Positions 8,283-13,528 of a stretch of DNA of 13,528 nucleotides are shown in pieces; within the stretch, counting starts at the first letter, position 1; each line of letters begins with the position of its first letter. The DNA comes from an uncultured Eubacteriales bacterium (lineage in GTDB: Bacteria; Bacillota; Clostridia; TANB77; RGIG9151). Location of the stretch: assembly GCA_964631135.1 (NCBI GenBank), contig CAZVVZ010000019.1, positions 1-13,528 of the forward strand, given 5' to 3'. The notes under the pieces were generated by a model. It searched no databases. It was not told the DNA's origin and saw only the letters and a list, made by a program, of their open reading frames with translations. The position numbers were made by a program, and so were the translations under genes.

Positions 8283-10895
8283 ATGGCAAAATTAGTTGTT
8301 ATTGATGGAAATAGTATAATGAACAGGGCTTTTTATGGCCTTTCGGGTAGAAATATGCTTACTACGAAAAAGGGTATTCCTACTAATGCAATTTATGGTT
8401 TCCTGACTATTTTATTTAAGATATTAAATGAAGATAATCCTGATTATATGGTCGTAGCATTTGACTTAAAGGCTCCGACTTTCAGACATAAAATGTATGC
8501 GGGCTATAAAGCACAGAGGAAGGGTATGCCGGACGAGCTTGCTACTCAGATGCCTATAATAAAAAATATTTTGGATGCTATGAATATTAGTCGTGTGGAA
8601 ATGGAAGGGTTTGAAGCTGACGATATTTTAGGAACACTTGCTAAGAAAGCTAAAAAAGCCGGTGTTGATGTTATTTTATTTACGGGGGACAGAGATTCTT
8701 TCCAGCTTATAGAAGACGGGATAAACGTAAAATTGCCGGTTACTAAAGGCGGAAAGACTGAGACGGAACTTTATTCTACAGAAAAAATTCAGGAAAAGTA
8801 TGGAGTTATGCCGATTGATTTAATAAATGTGAAAGGCTTAATGGGGGATAATTCGGATAATATCCCGGGAGTTCCGGGAATTGGCGAAAAGACTGCTTTG
8901 GGGTATATTAGTAAGTTTAAAACAATTGAAAATTTGTATGATAATATTGATGATGATATTGTAAAGCCGAAGGCAAGGGAAGCTTTAAAAGAATTTCGTG
9001 ATTTAGCTTTTTTAAGCAGAACTTTAGCTACCATTGATACAGATATTCCCTTAGAGTTTACCGAAAAATATAAAATGAAGGATTTTAACAGCAAGGAGTT
9101 ATATGATATTTTTAATGAGCTTGAATTTTCTTCTTTTATTAAAAAACTCAACTTGACACCTATAGATAAGCCGTCTGTAAATGAGTTCCAACCTGTTGAG
9201 GGTGAGAAAATTTATGATTTTTCAAGGATTGATGAATTTAAGAGCTTTGCATTTTATCTTTTGAATGAAAAGCCTTACCAGATAGGTATTTATTCTGATA
9301 AGGGGGCTTTTTGCATAGAATCCGAAAATAGATATGATATGTTGAAGGCCGTTTTTGAAAGCGATGCGGTAAAATACGGGGCTTATACTAAGTCTTTATA
9401 TGTTGAGTTAAAGAATTATGGTATTGAGCTTAAGAACTTGGTTTTTGACTTAGACATTGCGCAGTATGTAGTTGATGCAATCAATGTTGACGGAAGTATT
9501 GAAAAGGTTGCTTCTGAAAAGTTTAGGGTTGATATTGATACATTAAGAGAAAATAATGAAAATCAGATTAGTTTATTTGAAGTTGAGAAAGTAGCAGACA
9601 ACAATAAGTATTTATGTTCTGCCGCTAAGATGATTTGGGAGTTAAAGGATTATTACTTGGAGGAGATTAAGAAGAATAATCAGGAGAAGCTTTTTTATGA
9701 AATAGAGATGCCTTTAATTGAAGTTCTGGCAGATATGCAGATTAAGGGTATGAAGGTTGATAGAGATTTATTAAAAAATTATGGTATAGAACTTCAAGGG
9801 AAAATTGATTTTCTGGTTCAGGAAATTATAAAGCTTGCAGGAGAGGAGTTTAATATAAATTCGCCGAAGCAGCTTGGGGAGATATTGTTCGATAAATTAA
9901 AGTTGCCTGCACCGAAAAAGACTCAAAGAGGATATGCGACAGATGCTGATACTTTAGAAAAACTGATTGATAAACATCCTATTATTGAAAAGGTTTTAGA
10001 ATATAAGCAGCTGATGAAATTAAAGTCTACTTATGTTGATGGGTTAGATGCTGTTATAAATCCGAATACAGGTCGTATTCATTCAAATTTTAATCAGACT
10101 ATTACTGCTACCGGTCGTCTTAGCAGTACAGAGCCTAATCTTCAGAATATTCCTGTTAGAATGGAAGCCGGTAAAAAGATTCGTGAGATGTTTATTCCTG
10201 AAGAGGGGTTTGTTTATATTGATGCGGATTATTCACAAATCGAATTAAGGGTTCTGGCTCATATGGCTAATGATACTGTGATGTTAAATTCGTTTAATAA
10301 TGATGAGGATATTCATACTACTACAGCTATGCAAATTTTTCATTTAACGAGGGACGAGGTTACTCCGACTCATAGGGCACGGGCTAAAGCTGTTAATTTT
10401 GGGATTGTGTATGGACAGGGAAATTATTCTCTTGGTCAGGATTTAGGTATTTCAAGGAAGGAAGCCGAGCAGTATATAAATTCTTATCTTGAACATTTTC
10501 ATGGTATAAAAGAGTTTCAGGAGAAGAGTATAGAAATTGCTAAGGAAAGAGGATATGCCGAAACTATTTTTAATAGAAGAAGATATTTGCCTGAAATTAA
10601 GTCCGGCAATTTTAATATTCGTTCTTTTGGTGAGAGAATTGCAATGAATATGCCGATTCAGGGAAGTGCAGCAGATATTATTAAGATTGCCATGATTATG
10701 GTTAATAACAAGTTAAAGGGTATGGAAGCGAAACTTATTTTACAGGTACATGATGAGCTTATCGTTGAGGCGCCTGTTAGTGAGGCTGATGAAGTGAAAA
10801 AGATTGTTATGGATTGTATGGAGAATGCAGTAAAGCTTAATGTTTTTCTTAAGGTTGATGCACATATCGGTAAGAGTTGGTTAGAGGCTAAATAA
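8283..10895 (+). CDS. polA: DNA polymerase I
   Basis: N-terminal 5'-3' exonuclease/FEN domain (GDRDSFQL, DNIPGVPGIGEKTA) and family A polymerase motifs A (DYSQIELR), B (RARAKAVNFGIVYG) and C (QVHDE). The central 3'-5' exonuclease-like domain lacks the Exo I DxE acidic residues, as in Bacillus-type Pol I. Confidence 0.98.
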   Translation: MAKLVVIDGNSIMNRAFYGLSGRNMLTTKKGIPTNAIYGFLTILFKILNEDNPDYMVVAFDLKAPTFRHKMYAGYKAQRKGMPDELATQMPIIKNILDAMNISRVEMEGFEADDILGTLAKKAKKAGVDVILFTGDRDSFQLIEDGINVKLPVTKGGKTETELYSTEKIQEKYGVMPIDLINVKGLMGDNSDNIPGVPGIGEKTALGYISKFKTIENLYDNIDDDIVKPKAREALKEFRDLAFLSRTLATIDTDIPLEFTEKYKMKDFNSKELYDIFNELEFSSFIKKLNLTPIDKPSVNEFQPVEGEKIYDFSRIDEFKSFAFYLLNEKPYQIGIYSDKGAFCIESENRYDMLKAVFESDAVKYGAYTKSLYVELKNYGIELKNLVFDLDIAQYVVDAINVDGSIEKVASEKFRVDIDTLRENNENQISLFEVEKVADNNKYLCSAAKMIWELKDYYLEEIKKNNQEKLFYEIEMPLIEVLADMQIKGMKVDRDLLKNYGIELQGKIDFLVQEIIKLAGEEFNINSPKQLGEILFDKLKLPAPKKTQRGYATDADTLEKLIDKHPIIEKVLEYKQLMKLKSTYVDGLDAVINPNTGRIHSNFNQTITATGRLSSTEPNLQNIPVRMEAGKKIREMFIPEEGFVYIDADYSQIELRVLAHMANDTVMLNSFNNDEDIHTTTAMQIFHLTRDEVTPTHRARAKAVNFGIVYGQGNYSLGQDLGISRKEAEQYINSYLEHFHGIKEFQEKSIEIAKERGYAETIFNRRRYLPEIKSGNFNIRSFGERIAMNMPIQGSAADIIKIAMIMVNNKLKGMEAKLILQVHDELIVEAPVSEADEVKKIVMDCMENAVKLNVFLKVDAHIGKSWLEAK

Positions 10896-10910
10896 GAGGA
10901 GATAACTACG

Positions 10911-11504
10911 TTGGCAAAAAAGAAAAAAGGATATTTGTATGGTTTTTTTAATGGGATTTTAGTGCTAATTTGTTTAGCTCTTATTGTATTTCTTTTTGTT
11001 AATTTTTTTAATACGGATTTGTTTTATAAAAACAGATATCCGCTAGTACATAAAGAAATAGTGGAAGAGTACTGCGGTTTATATGACGTGGATGAGTATC
11101 TTGTGCAGTCCATTATTAGAGCGGAAAGCTTTTATGACGAAAAAGCTGTTTCTCCTAAAGGAGCCATGGGACTTATGCAGATTATGCCTGAGACTGGAGA
11201 ATGGATTGCCGAAAAATTAAATTTAGAAACTTTTCGCAAAGAGGACTTGTTTGATTGCGAAAAAAATATTATGATGGGAGTATGGTACATTAGTTATCTG
11301 TCTGATAGGTTTGACGGAGATTTAAATAATGTGATTGCCGCTTATAATGCGGGGCCGACTAATGTTTCTAAGTGGCTGTCTCAGACAGATTTAAGTGAAG
11401 ACGGAAAGAATTTAACAGATATACCGTTTGAGGAAACCAAGAAATATCAAGAGACGGTTAATAGTGCTTATGAGATGTATTTAAGGATATATGGTAATAT
11501 GTAA
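10911..11504 (+). CDS. Membrane-anchored lytic transglycosylase (SLT domain, GH23)
   Basis: N-terminal TM helix, then a catalytic Glu context IIRAESFYDEKAVSPKGAMGLMQIMPETG and the AAYNAGP motif. The TTG start lies 9 nt after the SD AGAGGAG. Confidence 0.85.
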   Translation: MAKKKKGYLYGFFNGILVLICLALIVFLFVNFFNTDLFYKNRYPLVHKEIVEEYCGLYDVDEYLVQSIIRAESFYDEKAVSPKGAMGLMQIMPETGEWIAEKLNLETFRKEDLFDCEKNIMMGVWYISYLSDRFDGDLNNVIAAYNAGPTNVSKWLSQTDLSEDGKNLTDIPFEETKKYQETVNSAYEMYLRIYGNM

Positions 11505-11529
11505 AAATACGAAAGGCGAGTGTTTTATT

Positions 11530-12918
11530 ATGCAAAATGAGGTTATTTCAGATGCAAAAAAAAGAATAATTAGTTTTCTTGACGAAAAGAGCTTTGTTGA
11601 ATTTGATGAGCTTGTTGACAGTGGCGTTATTACCGGATATGGTACTGTATTCGGCAGGCCTGTTTGCATATTTTCTCAGGATTTTTCTGTTATGTCGGGT
11701 GCTATTACATATAAAAACAGTGAGAAGATATGTAATATTATTGATATGGCTGTGAAAAACGGTGTGCCGCTTATTGGATTTTATGATTCTATGGGGGCTA
11801 AAATAGATGAGGGAATAAAGGTTTTTTCAGGATTGCAGAACGTTTTGGTAAAGCTTGCAAATGCTTCGGGAGTTATTCCCGAGATTTCGGTTGTTTTAGG
11901 AACTGTTACCGGGATTGCTACTTTTGCGGTTAATTTTAGCGATTTTGTTTTTATGATTGAGAATCGTAGTAAAATGTTTATAAATTCTCCGCAGGTTTTA
12001 ACTGCGAAAACAGGCTGTGATGTTACGGCTGAGGATATTGGCGGAACGGGTGTTCATTCCGAAAAGACGGGGAGTTGCCATTTTTCTTGCAAAAATGAAG
12101 ATGATTGTTTTGGTAAGCTAAAGGAATTGCTTAGCTTTTTACCGGATAATAATTTGGCTGATACAGAGGTTATAGAGAGCGATGATTTAAATAGAGTATG
12201 CGATGAGCTTTTAGGTGAGAATGTTACTGCAAGATGTGTTATAAGTTCTATTTCAGATGAAAACAGGTTTTTTGAGATTAGTTCAGATTTTGGAAAAAAT
12301 ATTATTATAGGGTTTTGCAGGGTCGGCGGAAGAACTGTGGGTATTGTGGCGAATAATTTTGAATATAACGAGGGGAAGCTTACAATATTAGGTATTGAGA
12401 AGGCGAGCAAGTTTGTGAGGTTTTGCGATGCATTTAATATACCGATAGTTACGCTAATAGATAATGACGGGTTCGAGGAATCTGTTGAAGAAGAATTACA
12501 CGGAGCGGTTAAGAGTAGTTCAAGGCTTCTTTTTGCATATGCTGATGCTACGGTGCCTAAAATAGATGTGATTTTTGGGAAAGCATTTGGAGGAGCTAAT
12601 TTGATGATGGGGACGGCTGCTGATGTTGTGCTTGCATGGAACAGTTCAAAAATATCTGTTTTAGAGCCTATGAGTGCGGTTAATATTTTATTTAGTGATG
12701 AAATTGCTAATTCCGAGTCTCCTATTGAGTTTAGGAATGAAAAGTTACGGGAGTACTTAGCTGATAATGCTTTGCCGGAAAATGCAGCTAAAGATGGGTT
12801 TATATCTGCCGTTATTTCGCCTAATGAAACAAGGCAGAGGATTATAAGCGCATTAGATATGTTTTCCGGTAAAAGAGAAATTAGGATAGCAAAAAGGCAT
12901 GAGAGTGTTACATTTTAA
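11530..12918 (+). CDS. Divergent acyl-CoA carboxyltransferase (methylmalonyl-CoA decarboxylase alpha / PccB / transcarboxylase 12S family)
   Basis: Collinear with the carboxyl transferase family (GVITGYGTVFGRPV, SQDFSV, VGIVAN, FVRFCDAFNIPIVTL, ATVPKI), but the conserved Gly motifs are altered (see findings). ATG 11530 (MQNEV...) with an upstream AAAGGCGAG is preferred. The track start at 11491 would overlap the preceding gene by 14 nt. Confidence 0.85.
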   Translation: MQNEVISDAKKRIISFLDEKSFVEFDELVDSGVITGYGTVFGRPVCIFSQDFSVMSGAITYKNSEKICNIIDMAVKNGVPLIGFYDSMGAKIDEGIKVFSGLQNVLVKLANASGVIPEISVVLGTVTGIATFAVNFSDFVFMIENRSKMFINSPQVLTAKTGCDVTAEDIGGTGVHSEKTGSCHFSCKNEDDCFGKLKELLSFLPDNNLADTEVIESDDLNRVCDELLGENVTARCVISSISDENRFFEISSDFGKNIIIGFCRVGGRTVGIVANNFEYNEGKLTILGIEKASKFVRFCDAFNIPIVTLIDNDGFEESVEEELHGAVKSSSRLLFAYADATVPKIDVIFGKAFGGANLMMGTAADVVLAWNSSKISVLEPMSAVNILFSDEIANSESPIEFRNEKLREYLADNALPENAAKDGFISAVISPNETRQRIISALDMFSGKREIRIAKRHESVTF

Positions 12919-12943
12919 AACTTTATGAGAAAGGGTTTTTTAT

Positions 12944-13132
12944 ATGTATAATATAAATATTTTGACTGAATGTAAGGACGAACTGGTTAGGGCTGCTATT
13001 ATTTCTGCTGTTTGTGAGAGCATAAACGGTGAGGAGAGTAGCTTGACGATTAACAGAATGAAGCACGGCAGGTTAAATTCGCCTGTGTGGAGTACGGTTT
13101 CAAGGCAGGAGAACATAAATAAGAAGTTTTAG
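12944..13132 (+). CDS. Small hypothetical subunit of the decarboxylase cluster (OadG/MmdD-tail-like or MmdE-like, no TM segment)
   Basis: 62-aa ORF with the SD GAGAAAGGG 8 nt upstream, sitting between the carboxyltransferase and biotin carrier genes where mmdD/mmdE-type small subunits sit. The segment DELVRAAIISAVCESI...INRMKHGRLNSPVWSTVSRQE resembles, from memory, the C-terminal tail of clostridial OadG-family proteins. Confidence 0.4.
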   Translation: MYNINILTECKDELVRAAIISAVCESINGEESSLTINRMKHGRLNSPVWSTVSRQENINKKF

Positions 13133-13150
13133 ATGAAAGGGTGAATACGG

Positions 13151-13528
13151 ATGAAGAAGTTTTTAAAGGTTACGGTTAACGGGAGTGTGTATGATGTTAC
13201 GGTTGAAGATGTGAAGGAAGGTGGGGTTACTACTCCTGTACCGGAGGAACATACAGTGCCTATTATTAAAGAAGAGGTGAAAGAAGAAACCCCGATTATA
13301 GCGAACAAAGAGGGAAATATAAAAGTTCAAGCTCCTATGCCGGGTAATATATGGAAGATAAAAACTTCTGTCGGAACTAAAGTTAATAAGCACGACGTTT
13401 TACTTATTTTAGAGGCTATGAAGATGGAAAATGAGATTGTTGCGCCTGAAGCCGGCACAGTTACGGCTATTTTAGTTAAAGAGGGTGACTCGGTTGAGCC
13501 GGGGAAAATAATGGTGGAACTGGCCTGA
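13151..13528 (+). CDS. Biotin carboxyl carrier subunit (biotinyl domain protein, MmdC/GcdC-like)
   Basis: The N-terminus KVTVNGSVYDVTVEDV is typical of decarboxylase gamma subunits. A Pro/Glu/Lys-rich linker follows, then a C-terminal biotinyl domain with the EAMKMENEI biotinylation motif. The TGA stop falls exactly at the window end. Confidence 0.9.
   Translation: MKKFLKVTVNGSVYDVTVEDVKEGGVTTPVPEEHTVPIIKEEVKEETPIIANKEGNIKVQAPMPGNIWKIKTSVGTKVNKHDVLLILEAMKMENEIVAPEAGTVTAILVKEGDSVEPGKIMVELA

Noticed and set aside
9180-9700. A degenerate 3'-5' exonuclease domain in PolA (no DxE Exo I motif)
   Set aside because: Loss of proofreading residues in Pol I is well known in Bacillus/Geobacillus-type enzymes. 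It is not unusual for a Firmicute.
890-13393. Twelve minus-strand ORFs of 62-120 aa in the track (890-1210, 1802-2014, 2736-2927, 3438-3743, 3740-4063, 3900-4118, 5334-5549, 5706-5999, 8789-9151, 11481-11669, 12054-12410, 13163-13393)
   Set aside because: Each lies wholly or almost wholly antisense to a strongly supported conserved gene. Their compositions are low-complexity and rich in S, L, I, F and K, as expected from the reverse complement of AT-rich coding sequence. None has a recognisable motif or an SD-like sequence that I could find.
1-13528. A scan for CRISPR repeats, IS or transposon inverted repeats, integrase or recombinase genes, toxin-antitoxin pairs, restriction-modification or other defence genes, and tRNA or rRNA genes
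   Set aside because: None was found. All long ORFs are accounted for by housekeeping families. The only repeat structures are the short regulatory-scale ones reported above.

Overview
This window is a low-GC (roughly 35-40% by eye) Firmicutes/Clostridia-type chromosomal segment. Every convincing gene is on the + strand with very short intergenic gaps. The first 8.3 kb is a compact division and cell wall (dcw) cluster: mraZ, rsmH, an ftsL-like gene, a class B PBP with two PASTA domains, murE, mraY and ftsW/spoVE. It runs without an obvious terminator into polA, a membrane-anchored SLT-domain lytic transglycosylase, and the start of a biotin-dependent decarboxylase or transcarboxylase cluster (carboxyltransferase, small subunit, biotin carrier). 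I see no rRNA, tRNA, CRISPR array, transposase, integrase, phage gene or recognisable defence gene, so this is essentially a housekeeping region and I cannot support a claim of a novel multi-gene system. Five things do merit a second look. (1) An unusually long AT-rich rsmH-ftsL spacer carries six or seven copies of a 12-nt motif, ATWTACAAAAGA. (2) Terminator-like hairpins bracket ftsL. (3) A textbook MraZ operator, three AAGTGG boxes at exact 10-bp spacing, sits just downstream of the cluster promoter. (4) A 7-codon mini-ORF with a strong SD precedes a murE that has no SD. (5) The carboxyltransferase paralog has substitutions in the family's conserved Gly-rich active-site motifs and is paired with a small subunit lacking a TM segment. 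The antisense and overlapping ORFs in the track look like artefacts of AT-rich coding sequence.
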